A DNA stretch of 64,000 bases from an uncultured Parachlamydiaceae bacterium (lineage in GTDB: Bacteria; Chlamydiota; Chlamydiia; Chlamydiales; Parachlamydiaceae): assembly GCA_963742415.1 (NCBI GenBank), contig CAVULX010000003.1:256001-320000 (forward strand), read 5' to 3'. Shown piece after piece: positions 18,684-28,404 of this stretch (position 1 is its first letter; each line of letters opens with the position of its first letter). The notes below the pieces were generated by a model. The model worked only from the letters and a program-made list of their open reading frames with translations. It was not told where the DNA came from and made no database searches. A program made the position numbers and the translations under genes.

Positions 18684-20108
18684 ATGGGACTTTGGACACG
18701 TAAGTCTATTAAAGAGCTTGAAAGAAAAAGTGAAGAGGGCAGTCACAAGCTGCGCCGCACTCTAGGCCCCTTTGATCTGGTGATGTTAGGTATCGGTTGC
18801 ATCATCGGTGCGGGTTTATTTTCTATCACGGGAATTGCAGCCTCTGAAAATGCAGGGCCGGCTATTGTGCTTTCCTTCATTATTGCTGCAATTGGATGCG
18901 CCTTTGCAGGGCTATGCTACAGTGAACTTGCAGCGATGATCCCTATTGCGGGAAGTGCCTATACATACGCCTTTGCAACAATGGGGGAACTGCCGGCCTG
19001 GATCATTGGCTGGACCCTTATTTTGGAGTACGCTCTAGGAGCTGCAGCAGTTTCAATTAGTTGGTCAGCCTATGTTATCTCTTTATTAGAAGATTTTAAC
19101 ATAAGTTTTCCTTCATCAATCGTCGCCTCTCCGTGGCAATCGGTAGCTTTGTCAAGCGGTGCTCATGAATTTGGCTATATCAACCTTCCGGCATTAATTA
19201 TCATTACCTTTATTTCACTTGTTTTAATAATTGGAATTAAACAATCTGCTTTAGTCAATACCATCATGGTCATCATCAAAGTATCTGTGGTTTTCGTCTT
19301 TATTGTGCTGGGCTTCTTTTTCATCGAATACTCCAACTACCACCCTTTCTTACCAGAAAATACAGGTTCTTTTGGCGATTTCGGTTGGAGCGGTGTCTTA
19401 AGAGCTGCTGGCGTTGTTTTTTTTGCCTTTATTGGCTTCGACGCTGTATCAACTGCAGCACAAGAAGCCAAATCTCCTCAAAAGTCGCTTCCTATTGGAA
19501 TTTTAGGCTCTTTATTGATTTGCACGGCATTATACATCCTTTTTGCTTTTGTCATGACCGGCCTTGTTAACTATAAAGACCTCAATGTGGCTGCCCCTGC
19601 AGCTCTAGCCATTGAGCACACCCCTTTCCATTGGCTTCAATGGCTTGTCAAAATCGCTATCTTAGCTGGATTATCCTCTGTCATTTTAGTCCTTTTACTC
19701 GGGCAATCCCGCATTTTTTTTTCTATGGCCCGCGATGGTCTTCTTCCCCAAATGTTTTGCAATATCCACCCTATATTCCACACCCCTTGGATCTCCACCC
19801 TTATCCTCATGGTCTTCGCTGGTTCTATTGGAGCCTTTGCTTCGTTGGAAGTCGTTGGAAGGATGACCAGTATCGGCACCTTGCTTGCATTCGTGATTGT
19901 TTGCGTGGGAGTTTTGATTTTACGCTACAGGGAACCCAAACTTCTCCGCCCTTTCAGAACTCCTTGGGTGCCCTTTGTTCCCATCATGGGCATCTTGGTT
20001 TGCTTAACGATGATGCTGTCCTTAGGGTTTGAAAGCTGGGCGCGCCTCATCATCTGGATGGCTATCGGATTCATTATCTATTTTTATTACGGCCGCTATC
20101 ACCGGTAG
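18684..20108 (+). CDS. APC-family (cationic amino acid) permease
   Basis: GIGCIIGAG, AGSAYTY, FFAFIGFDAV; about 12 TM segments. Confidence 0.93.
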   Translation: MGLWTRKSIKELERKSEEGSHKLRRTLGPFDLVMLGIGCIIGAGLFSITGIAASENAGPAIVLSFIIAAIGCAFAGLCYSELAAMIPIAGSAYTYAFATMGELPAWIIGWTLILEYALGAAAVSISWSAYVISLLEDFNISFPSSIVASPWQSVALSSGAHEFGYINLPALIIITFISLVLIIGIKQSALVNTIMVIIKVSVVFVFIVLGFFFIEYSNYHPFLPENTGSFGDFGWSGVLRAAGVVFFAFIGFDAVSTAAQEAKSPQKSLPIGILGSLLICTALYILFAFVMTGLVNYKDLNVAAPAALAIEHTPFHWLQWLVKIAILAGLSSVILVLLLGQSRIFFSMARDGLLPQMFCNIHPIFHTPWISTLILMVFAGSIGAFASLEVVGRMTSIGTLLAFVIVCVGVLILRYREPKLLRPFRTPWVPFVPIMGILVCLTMMLSLGFESWARLIIWMAIGFIIYFYYGRYHR

Positions 20109-20163
20109 TTCCTGACGGCTTTAATAGCTTTAAAATTAATCTTACTTTCTGTATCATCTTTTC

Positions 20164-21039
20164 ATGAGTTTATCCAATCAGCTTTTACATGAATATGCCC
20201 TTATAGATAGCGGCAATGGCCGTAAATTGGAGCAATTCGGTCCTTTCAAGATCTCCCGCCCTGCCTCGCAAGCAGTTTGGCAACCTCTTTTATCTAAAGA
20301 TGAGTGGGATCAGGCAGAAGCTTTTTTTACACGGGAACCCGACAACCGGTGGATTAAAAAAAAACAGCTCCCTGAAGCTTGGGCAATAACTGTTGCGGGT
20401 ATTGTTTTCAAGTTATCCCCTACAGATTTTGGCCACTTGGGGATTTTTCCTGAACAATACCCCTTTTGGGAATGGATCAAAAGCACCATTCAACGGGCGA
20501 AAAATTCCGGATGGGAACAAGTGCGCGTCCTCAATTTATTTGCCTACTCTGGCGGCTCAACCCTAGCCGCAGCTCAAGCCGGAGCCCACGTTTGCCACTT
20601 GGATGCCTCCAAAGGGATGGTGGCCTGGGCTAGAGAAAATGCAGCCTTAAACAAATTAGAGAAGGCGCCCATCCGTTGGATTGTCGATGACGTTAAAAAG
20701 TTTTTATCTCGAGAAATAAGACGCAACAACCGTTATGAAGCCATTATTTTGGATCCACCAAGCTTTGGGCGAGGAAACCAAGGGGAAGTATTTAAAATTG
20801 AAGATGACATCCACCAACTCTTATCCGACTGCCGCCAATTATTGTCAGAAAAGCCCCTCTTTGTTTTTTTCTCCTGCCACACCCCCGGATTCACTCCCAT
20901 TACTATGAATCATCTGATGCATCAAATGATCCCTTCTTCGGAAGGAAAGATAGAATATGGTGAAATGGTTTTGAAAGGCAACAACCGTGTCTTAGAATTA
21001 CCAAGTGGAACCTTCGCAAGGTGGTATCGTGAGCTCTAA
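20164..21039 (+). CDS. SAM-dependent methyltransferase (RlmI/RlmK-like)
   Basis: GIFPEQ, VLNLFAYSG, ILDPPSFG. Confidence 0.88.
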   Translation: MSLSNQLLHEYALIDSGNGRKLEQFGPFKISRPASQAVWQPLLSKDEWDQAEAFFTREPDNRWIKKKQLPEAWAITVAGIVFKLSPTDFGHLGIFPEQYPFWEWIKSTIQRAKNSGWEQVRVLNLFAYSGGSTLAAAQAGAHVCHLDASKGMVAWARENAALNKLEKAPIRWIVDDVKKFLSREIRRNNRYEAIILDPPSFGRGNQGEVFKIEDDIHQLLSDCRQLLSEKPLFVFFSCHTPGFTPITMNHLMHQMIPSSEGKIEYGEMVLKGNNRVLELPSGTFARWYREL

Positions 21040-21850
21040 ACTTGACATCACAAGTGCTCAAAATCCTCGTATAAAACAGGCTGCCAGATTATGGGACAGA
21101 AAAGAAAGGGATGGATCAGGCCTTTTTTTAATCGAAGGGTATCGGGAACTGCTGCGAGCATGTGAAGCTGGATGGAAGATAGAATCCCTTTATGTATGCC
21201 CAGAACTCTTCTTGGGAAGCAATGAGAACATCCTCATTCAACGTCTTGTCAAAAAAGGAACCCAATCTTTCAATTGTTCTTCTTCTGTATTTCATAAACT
21301 CTCTTATAGAGATCGCCCCGACGGTTTAATTGGAGTGGCAAAACAGATCCACAAATCTCTATCCGATTTGGATTCCATTCTCTCCCAACGCAAATCCCCC
21401 TTTTTAGTTGTAGCTGAAGCTATTGAAAAACCGGGAAATTTAGGCACCATCCTCCGCTCTTCCGATGCTGTCGCCATCGATGCTCTCATTGTCGCAGATC
21501 CTTGCACAGATATCTTCAACCCTAACGTGGTCCGCGCCAGTGTCGGCACCTTATTCACCGTTCCTGTCATTCAAACAACCGGTTCTGAAGCTCTTGAATG
21601 GCTAAAATCCCATGGAATTGCTATTTTAGCAGCCACCCCTGCAGCGCAAGATGAGTTTACGCAAGTCAATATGAATCGCCCTTTAGCCATTGCTGTAGGC
21701 ACCGAACAATTGGGATTATCTGAAACATGGATGAAGCAAGCTGACCTCCAGGTACGTATTCCGATGTTGGGCGTTGCCGATTCGTTAAATGTCGCTATGG
21801 CAACGACGTTAATGCTTTATGAGGCTCTGCGGCAGCGCACGCGAGAGTAA
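21029..21850 (+). CDS. TrmH/SpoU family RNA 2'-O-methyltransferase
   Basis: IEKPGNLGTILRS, GTEQLGL, IPMLGVADSLNVA; GTG start at 21029 inferred. Confidence 0.93.
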   Translation: MSSKLDITSAQNPRIKQAARLWDRKERDGSGLFLIEGYRELLRACEAGWKIESLYVCPELFLGSNENILIQRLVKKGTQSFNCSSSVFHKLSYRDRPDGLIGVAKQIHKSLSDLDSILSQRKSPFLVVAEAIEKPGNLGTILRSSDAVAIDALIVADPCTDIFNPNVVRASVGTLFTVPVIQTTGSEALEWLKSHGIAILAATPAAQDEFTQVNMNRPLAIAVGTEQLGLSETWMKQADLQVRIPMLGVADSLNVAMATTLMLYEALRQRTRE

Positions 21851-21854
21851 GCTG

Positions 21855-22499
21855 ATGAGACTTCAAATCCTCTATGAAGACAATCATCTCCTTGTTGTTA
21901 ATAAACCTGCAGGCTTGCTAACCCAGCCAAGCGGGACAAAGCAAAACAATCTAGAAGATCTTTGTAAATCCTATATCAAAACGAAGTGTAAGAAGACGGG
22001 TGCGGTTTTTTTAGAAGCCGTTCATAGGCTCGACAAACCGGTAAGCGGCGTTGTGGTTTTTGCCCGCACAAGCAAAGCTTTAACACGGCTACATACGGCT
22101 ATCCGGGAAAAAAATTGCCAAAAAACTTACATCGCCGCTGTGGAAGGGGTTCCAACAAGCTTGGAAGGAACCCTTGACGATGATATCGTGCACCTTTCCC
22201 ACGCCGCTTCCGTGGATGCAAACCATCCCAAAGCCAAGAATGCGGTATTACACTATAAACTCATCGGCCACTGGGAAAAGGGAGCGATCCTCGAAATCAT
22301 CCTCGAAACAGGCCGCTACCATCAAATTCGAATTCAGCTGGCTTCGATGGGCTGCCCGATAAAAGGGGATTTTAAATATGGCAGTAAAATTCCCTTCGAA
22401 AATGATTGCATTGCTTTGCATCACGCCCGCATGGAAATTTCCCACCCGGTTTCGGGGTTGCCGCTGCTTTTCGAATCCCCCTGCCCCTTTTATAATTAA
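21855..22499 (+). CDS. RluA-family pseudouridine synthase
   Basis: VVNKPAG, VHRLDKPVSG, TGRYHQIR, GDFKYG, LHHA. Confidence 0.93.
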   Translation: MRLQILYEDNHLLVVNKPAGLLTQPSGTKQNNLEDLCKSYIKTKCKKTGAVFLEAVHRLDKPVSGVVVFARTSKALTRLHTAIREKNCQKTYIAAVEGVPTSLEGTLDDDIVHLSHAASVDANHPKAKNAVLHYKLIGHWEKGAILEIILETGRYHQIRIQLASMGCPIKGDFKYGSKIPFENDCIALHHARMEISHPVSGLPLLFESPCPFYN

Positions 22500-22644
22500 T
22501 GTAAGTTGCAAATTACTGAGTGTAATCAAGTTTAAAAAACCTCTGTGTTCTCGTGATCTCTGTGGTTTATTAAAATTCAACCATAGAGTTCACAGAGATC
22601 ACAGAGAGATAATAAATTTAATTATTTGCAACTTACGTTAATTA
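22493..22644. repeat. MITE/REPIN-like nested palindromic element, copy 1
   Basis: TIR TAATTAATGTAAGTTGCAAAT ... ATTTGCAACTTACGTTAATTA; inner inverted arms of CTCTGTGAT / CACAGAGAT 9-mers; left TIR overlaps the rluA-family stop. Confidence 0.9.
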
Positions 22645-22663
22645 ATAATTATAATAAATTAAG

Positions 22664-22816
22664 TAATTAATGTAAGTTGCAAATTACTGAGTGTAATCAA
22701 GTTTAAAAAACCTCTGTATTCTCTGTGATCTCTGTGGTTTATTAAAATTCAACCACAGAGTTCACAGAGATCACAGAGAGATAATAAATTTAATTATTTG
22801 CAACTCACGTTAATTA
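22664..22816. repeat. MITE/REPIN-like nested palindromic element, copy 2 (tandem)
   Basis: Near-identical to copy 1, 19 bp downstream, same orientation. Confidence 0.9.
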
Positions 22817-22870
22817 ATAAATTAAGTAATTAATAGTTGAATTAAAATATGATTAACCTATATTATTGTA

Positions 22871-23299
22871 ATGTTATTTAAAAAAATTATAGGTTATTAT
22901 ATGATGTTTATTGACGCCATAAATAGAATTCAAGAATATAATTATTTACAAAACACAAATAATCAAGATCAACCGCAATATTATTTAAACCAAACAACGA
23001 GCTATTATCCAGAGCAAGCTGGAAATGATTACTCTAATTCTGGACAACCCATAAATTCAAACTCTATTGATTATCAATCCCTCCAAAACGCAATAAATAA
23101 AAGTTTCACCGAGACTGAAAGATTTGCAGTTGAATGTGATTTTATAGCTATAGAGGCAAAGGTGTTGGGTTTACAAATTCAAAACACTTCTAAAAAAATA
23201 CAAAAATATTTATCAAATGCTCATCAGCCGCAGAAGAAGGCTCAGCAGGAATGGGACTTTATTGGTTATAAAGAAAACTCATTCGAATATGATGATTAA
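22871..23299 (+). CDS. orphan Asn/Gln/Tyr-rich hypothetical protein
   Basis: 142 aa AT-rich ORF; start may be 22901. Confidence 0.55.
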   Translation: MLFKKIIGYYMMFIDAINRIQEYNYLQNTNNQDQPQYYLNQTTSYYPEQAGNDYSNSGQPINSNSIDYQSLQNAINKSFTETERFAVECDFIAIEAKVLGLQIQNTSKKIQKYLSNAHQPQKKAQQEWDFIGYKENSFEYDD

Positions 23300-23341
23300 G
23301 AGGTTGTTCACAAACTTTTAAGGAATCGGAAAAATCCACCG

Positions 23342-23785
23342 ATGGAAAAGCAATTAGAGCTTTACCTTTATAAACAGATCCCTATATCCAAAGCTATGGG
23401 GATTCAGGTCGAACACGCCTCGCCAGATAGAATCCTCCTTTCAGCTCCATTAAGCAACAATATCAACCACAAAAAAACTGTTTTTGGAGGAAGTTTGCAT
23501 GCTGCCGCAACTCTAGCCTGTTGGAGTTTGTTATATGTAAACTTAAAAGAAGCCAAGGAAGGGCACGTCCAAATCGTGATCACAAAAAGTGAAATTCTTT
23601 ACCAGGTTCCAGTGGAAGGTGATTTTAAAGTAGAATGTCGAATGGAGGATCCCTCTGCTTGGCATCGATTTCTAAAGACCCTCCATTTAAAAGGAAAAGC
23701 CCGCATCACCTTGTCTGCGAAGATTCTCCAGCAAGGGAAACTCGCTGTTGATTTTCAAGGCACATTTGCAGCTATAAAATCATAA
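23342..23785 (+). CDS. YiiD C-terminal-like hotdog-fold thioesterase
   Basis: IPISKAMGI, NINHKKTVFGGSL. Confidence 0.88.
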   Translation: MEKQLELYLYKQIPISKAMGIQVEHASPDRILLSAPLSNNINHKKTVFGGSLHAAATLACWSLLYVNLKEAKEGHVQIVITKSEILYQVPVEGDFKVECRMEDPSAWHRFLKTLHLKGKARITLSAKILQQGKLAVDFQGTFAAIKS

Positions 23786-23849
23786 CATGACCGCGCTCTT
23801 GCCGCCTGAATTTGTAGTGTTATTTTACCTGTTGGTATAAAATTGAAGC

Positions 23850-25112
23850 ATGGAAGCGCAGAAATATGCAACTCAAATTGTCAAAAGGTTGGTGAAGGCA
23901 GGCCATGTAGCTTACTTCGCAGGGGGTTGGGTGAGGGATTTAGTCATGAAACACCCTTCTGCCGATGTCGATATCGCTACAAATGCCCTTCCAGAAAAAA
24001 TTCTCGACTTATTTCCCAATACAATCCTTGTCGGATTAGCTTTTGGAGTTGTCATTGTGGTCATCGAAGGGCATCAATTTGAAGTATCCACATTCCGAAA
24101 AGACCTAAGCTACGAAGGGGGAAGACGCCCCACTGCGATTGAATTCACCGACGAGAAGATCGATGCGTCCAGGCGCGATTTCACGATCAACGGGATGTTT
24201 TATGATCCTTTGGAAGATGCAATTATCGATTACGTCGGGGGTGTCGAGGATATCAAGAAAGGGATCATCCGTACGATCGGCGACCCTCAAGAGCGTTTTG
24301 TTGAAGACCGGTTGAGGATGATCCGTGCGGTGCGATTCAGCTCCCGTTTTGGCTTCAAGATCGATTATGAAACAGAAGAGGCGATTATTCAGAACGCAGA
24401 CACCCTCTTTCCTGCAGTGGCCATGGAACGGATATGGCAAGAATTTAATAAAATGGCCGCTTTTCCCCATCTTGATCATGCCATGATTGAGCTCCATCGG
24501 TTGGGTCTTCTCCCCGTTATTCTGCCGCTGCTTCAGAAAGTCCATCTGACAGAAATTAAGCATCAAGTAACTCCTTTCCCTTTTTTTCCTGAAAATTGCC
24601 CTACCATCTTGTATCTCATGGAACTTTTTCCTAGCGCCTCCCTTGCACAACAGCTCGAATTATGCCAGTACCTGAAAGCCAGCGGGCACGACATGAAGCT
24701 TGTGGAATTTATTTTTACAATGAGAAACCTTGAAGAACAAGAAATACAAAAAAAAGAGGGTGCGAATTTATCTGATTGGGCTCACCAATATGCGCATCGT
24801 TCCTCCCAACTTTGCCTTGAAGTGATCGCGGCAAGGCTCAAACGAGCCGGAGAATCCAACGCTTTTTTAGAAAAACATAATAAACGTCGCCAAGCCCTGA
24901 CAAAGCATGTAGAAAGGATCCAAATGAAAAAGCCTCTTGTTTCGGCGTCCCTCTTGCAAGAAGCAGGAGTTCCTATAGGCAAAGAAATGGGGTTTTTGTT
25001 AAAGGAAGCAGAAAGGTTAACGATTACGCATGATTTGGATGACCCTAATGCAGCTTTAGAAAAATTAAAAGAATCGCCCCTCTGGAGGGAACGGAAGAAC
25101 TTACAATGTTAA
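23850..25112 (+). CDS. CCA-adding tRNA nucleotidyltransferase / poly(A) polymerase family
   Basis: GGWVRD..DVDIAT, EVSTFR, RRDFTING, EDRLRMIRAVRF. Confidence 0.95.
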   Translation: MEAQKYATQIVKRLVKAGHVAYFAGGWVRDLVMKHPSADVDIATNALPEKILDLFPNTILVGLAFGVVIVVIEGHQFEVSTFRKDLSYEGGRRPTAIEFTDEKIDASRRDFTINGMFYDPLEDAIIDYVGGVEDIKKGIIRTIGDPQERFVEDRLRMIRAVRFSSRFGFKIDYETEEAIIQNADTLFPAVAMERIWQEFNKMAAFPHLDHAMIELHRLGLLPVILPLLQKVHLTEIKHQVTPFPFFPENCPTILYLMELFPSASLAQQLELCQYLKASGHDMKLVEFIFTMRNLEEQEIQKKEGANLSDWAHQYAHRSSQLCLEVIAARLKRAGESNAFLEKHNKRRQALTKHVERIQMKKPLVSASLLQEAGVPIGKEMGFLLKEAERLTITHDLDDPNAALEKLKESPLWRERKNLQC

Positions 25113-25855
25113 AAAAAATCACCAGCTTGCAACATCCTATTGTTAAACATTTAGTGCGCCTTCGGCAAAACAGGGATTATAGATACGAGCATAAAAGTGT
25201 TTTGATTGAAGGCAAAAAAACGATCTCTGAACTATCTCAATCCCATTTATTGAAAACTCTCTTGGTATCGGATGAACAGATGATACCCAAAAAAAGCTCC
25301 CCCAACGAAACGGTGGTTGCAACGGAAGAGATCATCCAGAAGATTTCTGGCATGCAGTCCCCTGAAGGGATGATAGCTGAAATCGCAATGCCCAAATTTG
25401 TCTCCCTCAATGGGCTCCAAAAGATCATCGCATTAGATCACATCGGCGATCCGGGAAACACCGGGGCCATTCTAAGGACAGCCTTAGCTCTAGGCTGGGA
25501 AGGCGCTTTCATTCTCAACGACAGTTGCGATCCATTTAATGAAAAGGCTTTAAGAGCTGCTAGAGGAGCCACATTCCGTCTTCCCTTGGGGATGGGGACC
25601 TGGGAAGATCTTAAAAAGATCGTCGACGACTCCAACCTGCTTCCTCTAGCAGCCGACATAAGAGGGGAAGAAGTCGGTAAAGTGAAACACCAGGGAAAAG
25701 TTTTGCTCGTCTTAAGCAATGAAGCCCACGGTTTATCGGAACAAGCCTCCAACCTATGCCAAAGGGTCACAATTCCTATGCCCGGCCCCATGGAGTCTCT
25801 GAATGTTTCAATCGCCGGGGCCATTTTAATGTACCTCTTAAGGGAAGTTCCATGA
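25106..25855 (+). CDS. TrmH/SpoU family RNA methyltransferase
   Basis: DPGNTGAILRT, SNEAHGL, IPMPGPMESLNVS. Confidence 0.92.
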   Translation: MLKKITSLQHPIVKHLVRLRQNRDYRYEHKSVLIEGKKTISELSQSHLLKTLLVSDEQMIPKKSSPNETVVATEEIIQKISGMQSPEGMIAEIAMPKFVSLNGLQKIIALDHIGDPGNTGAILRTALALGWEGAFILNDSCDPFNEKALRAARGATFRLPLGMGTWEDLKKIVDDSNLLPLAADIRGEEVGKVKHQGKVLLVLSNEAHGLSEQASNLCQRVTIPMPGPMESLNVSIAGAILMYLLREVP

Positions 25856-27021
25856 AAGACCATGATGAAAATAAAAACAAAAAAGTGGAAGGGCGTCGTT
25901 GGATAGCTGACGACATCGAAGACGAATATTTTAAAGAAAACAGAAAAAGTTCGAAATGGGAACGGAAGCAAGCTTCGGCTAAAGACCGCTCCAAATATAA
26001 AAAAACCGACTGGGAAAAATTTAAAAAAAGTGAAGAGATTCACAAAAACATTAAATTAAAGAAGGAACAACTGCTACAAGGGAGGGTTCTTTCGATTGTT
26101 CCCGAAGGAATTATCGTTGAACACGAAAATGTCCACATTGTCTGTACGTTGAGAGGATTGTTGAAAAAGGAAAAAACCCTCCACAAGAACTTAGTCACTG
26201 TGGGAGATTTTGTCCTTTTTGAAAAAAGTCCCTCGGGGGAAGGTTTGATCGCTCATGTCGAACCCCGAAAGACGGTTTTATCCCGTGCCGACAACCTCTC
26301 CAGACGCAAAGAACAGCTCATTGCCGCCAATATCGACCAAGTGCTCATCACTTCCTCTGTGGTTGAGCCTGTTTTAAAGTTCTCTTTAATCGACCGCTAT
26401 ATCATCGCTTCCCGCAAGGGGGGGATGACCCCTATCGTCGTGATTAATAAAATCGATCTTTTGGAAGCAAATGATAAAGACCCTGTCTTAGTTGAAACAG
26501 AAAAGCAACTCCTGTCAGCAGCTGTATCTGCTTACGCCTCAGCACATATCCCTGTCATCCTTGTCAGTACCGTGACAGGGGAGGGATTGGAGGACTTGAA
26601 GCAGATCATGAAAGACAAAGCTTCTGTTTTTTCCGGCCAGTCGGGGGTTGGAAAATCCTCTTTAATCAATGCCATCTCAACCCATGAACTGGAAGTTGGA
26701 GATGTGGTAGAAAAGACAAGAAAAGGATCCCACACGACAACCACCACAAAACTACTCCCATTGGATTTTGGGGGATGGTGCATCGATACTCCAGGCATCA
26801 AAAGTTTCGGCGTTTGGAGCCTGGAAAAAGATGAGGTCGAACAATATTTTGAAGAGATTTATGCTTATGGACGAAAATGCAAATATCCCGACTGTTCCCA
26901 CATGGAAGAAGGGGATTGTGCCGTTCACATGGCCGTGGAAAAGGGTCTCATCTCCCCCCTCCGTTATGAATCTTACCTGGCCTTAATGGATAGCATTTCT
27001 CAAGAACATCTCCGTCGTTAG
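25852..27021 (+). CDS. rsgA: ribosome small subunit-dependent GTPase A
   Basis: Permuted GTPase motifs NKID, GQSGVGKSS, HTTT, DTPG; CKYPDCSH..C zinc motif; ATGA overlap with upstream gene. Confidence 0.95.
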   Translation: MKDHDENKNKKVEGRRWIADDIEDEYFKENRKSSKWERKQASAKDRSKYKKTDWEKFKKSEEIHKNIKLKKEQLLQGRVLSIVPEGIIVEHENVHIVCTLRGLLKKEKTLHKNLVTVGDFVLFEKSPSGEGLIAHVEPRKTVLSRADNLSRRKEQLIAANIDQVLITSSVVEPVLKFSLIDRYIIASRKGGMTPIVVINKIDLLEANDKDPVLVETEKQLLSAAVSAYASAHIPVILVSTVTGEGLEDLKQIMKDKASVFSGQSGVGKSSLINAISTHELEVGDVVEKTRKGSHTTTTTKLLPLDFGGWCIDTPGIKSFGVWSLEKDEVEQYFEEIYAYGRKCKYPDCSHMEEGDCAVHMAVEKGLISPLRYESYLALMDSISQEHLRR

Positions 27022-27112
27022 AGGACGTTTTGCTCTTGCTTGAAAAAATACAAAGGTCTTATAGTAAATTTACCTTATATCCTGAGTTTAAAGGCTTAAG
27101 AAACTTGCATAA

Positions 27113-27185
27113 GGGGCGTTAGCTCAGTTGGTAGAGCGCAACAATGGCATTGTTGAGGTCAACGGTTCGACTCCGTTACGCTCCA
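27113..27185 (+). tRNA. tRNA-Ala (GGC)
   Basis: Cloverleaf: GGGGCGT/ACGCTCC acceptor, anticodon arm CAACA-ATGGCAT-TGTTG, T loop TTCGACT; CCA not encoded. Confidence 0.97.
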
Positions 27186-27207
27186 ATCTCTACATAGGGG
27201 GGCCTAT

Positions 27208-28401
27208 ATGTCGTTCTTTGAAACCTTAGAACTGCTCCCGGAAGATCCTATCCTTGGTCTTCCCAAAGTGTTTAATGCCGATCCCCGTCCCCAAAAAGTG
27301 AATCTTGGCATTGGCGCCTATCAAGACTCTGAAGGGAAGCCTTATGTTTTGAGTTCGGTGCGAGACGCTGAAGCCCAAATTCTTCAACAAGAACGTTCCA
27401 AAGAATATCTCCCCATCGAAGGAAATCCCGACTTTATTCAATCTATTTTGACCCTTATCTTCTCCGCTACCAACTCAAAACTAGGGGAAGGGCATATTAA
27501 GGCCGCTCAAGGGATCGGCGGGACAGGTGCGTTGCGTTTAGGAGGGGAATTTTTATCTCAATTCAACAGCCGATTGATCTTCCTTTCAGAACCTTCTTGG
27601 CCTAATCATAAAGCCTTGTTCTCCCGCGCCGGGCTGCATGTTGATTATTATAAATATTATGATGAGAAAAATCACCGCATAGACTTTGCAGGAATGTGCG
27701 CCTCCATTAAGCTAATGCCCCCCGGAAGCGTGATCCTCCTTCAAGCTTGCTGCCATAATCCAACTGGAATGGATCTTTCCTTCAACCAATGGCAAGAGCT
27801 TTCTGAAATTATCAAAAAACAGAAAATTTTTCCCTTTTTCGATCTAGCTTATCAAGGATTTGGAAAAGACCTTGAAGAAGATGCCAAACCTATCCGTTAT
27901 TTTGTTGAGCAAGGGCACGAACTGATCGCCGCAAGCTCGTGCTCCAAAAATTTTGGACTCTATGGTGAGCGGGTCGGCCTTGTGGCTGTTGTCGCCAAAA
28001 ATAAAGAGGCCGCCTTAAAAACGGAGAGCCATATCAAACAAATTATCCGGGGAAGTTATTCAAATCCGCCCCGCTTTGGAGCTCAAATTGTATCTCTCAT
28101 CCTCGGAAATGAAAGCCTCAAAGCCTCTTGGAAAAGGGAGCTGCAAGCGATGAGGGATCGGATCGTGGAGATGCGGGAAACTTTAGCTTTTGGCTTGCAA
28201 ACGAAATCGATGCACAAAGACTTCAGTTTTTTGACAAACCAAAAGGGGATTTTTTCCTTTAGCGGCTTAAATAAGGAGCAAGTTTTACGCCTAAAAGAGG
28301 AACGGGGGATCTACATGGTAGCCGATGGACGCATGAATGTCGCGGGACTTAATCCCCATAATATCGATTATGTGATCGAATCCATTCTGGCAGTCCTGTA
28401 A
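27208..28401 (+). CDS. aspC: aspartate/aromatic amino acid aminotransferase (AspC/TyrB)
   Basis: NLGIGAY, GGTGAL, CHNPTG, DLAYQGFG, SKNFGLYGERVG. Confidence 0.93.
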   Translation: MSFFETLELLPEDPILGLPKVFNADPRPQKVNLGIGAYQDSEGKPYVLSSVRDAEAQILQQERSKEYLPIEGNPDFIQSILTLIFSATNSKLGEGHIKAAQGIGGTGALRLGGEFLSQFNSRLIFLSEPSWPNHKALFSRAGLHVDYYKYYDEKNHRIDFAGMCASIKLMPPGSVILLQACCHNPTGMDLSFNQWQELSEIIKKQKIFPFFDLAYQGFGKDLEEDAKPIRYFVEQGHELIAASSCSKNFGLYGERVGLVAVVAKNKEAALKTESHIKQIIRGSYSNPPRFGAQIVSLILGNESLKASWKRELQAMRDRIVEMRETLAFGLQTKSMHKDFSFLTNQKGIFSFSGLNKEQVLRLKEERGIYMVADGRMNVAGLNPHNIDYVIESILAVL

Positions 28402-28404
28402 CTC

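Noticed and set aside
22248-22641. ORFs 22248-22580 (-) and 22378-22641 (+)
   Set aside because: Shadow frames overlapping the RluA-family gene and the repeat (HRVHRDHRE is the 9-mer translated).
22493-22834. CRISPR array
   Set aside because: Units are ~170 bp near-identical palindromic repeats with no unique spacers, and there are no cas genes in the window.
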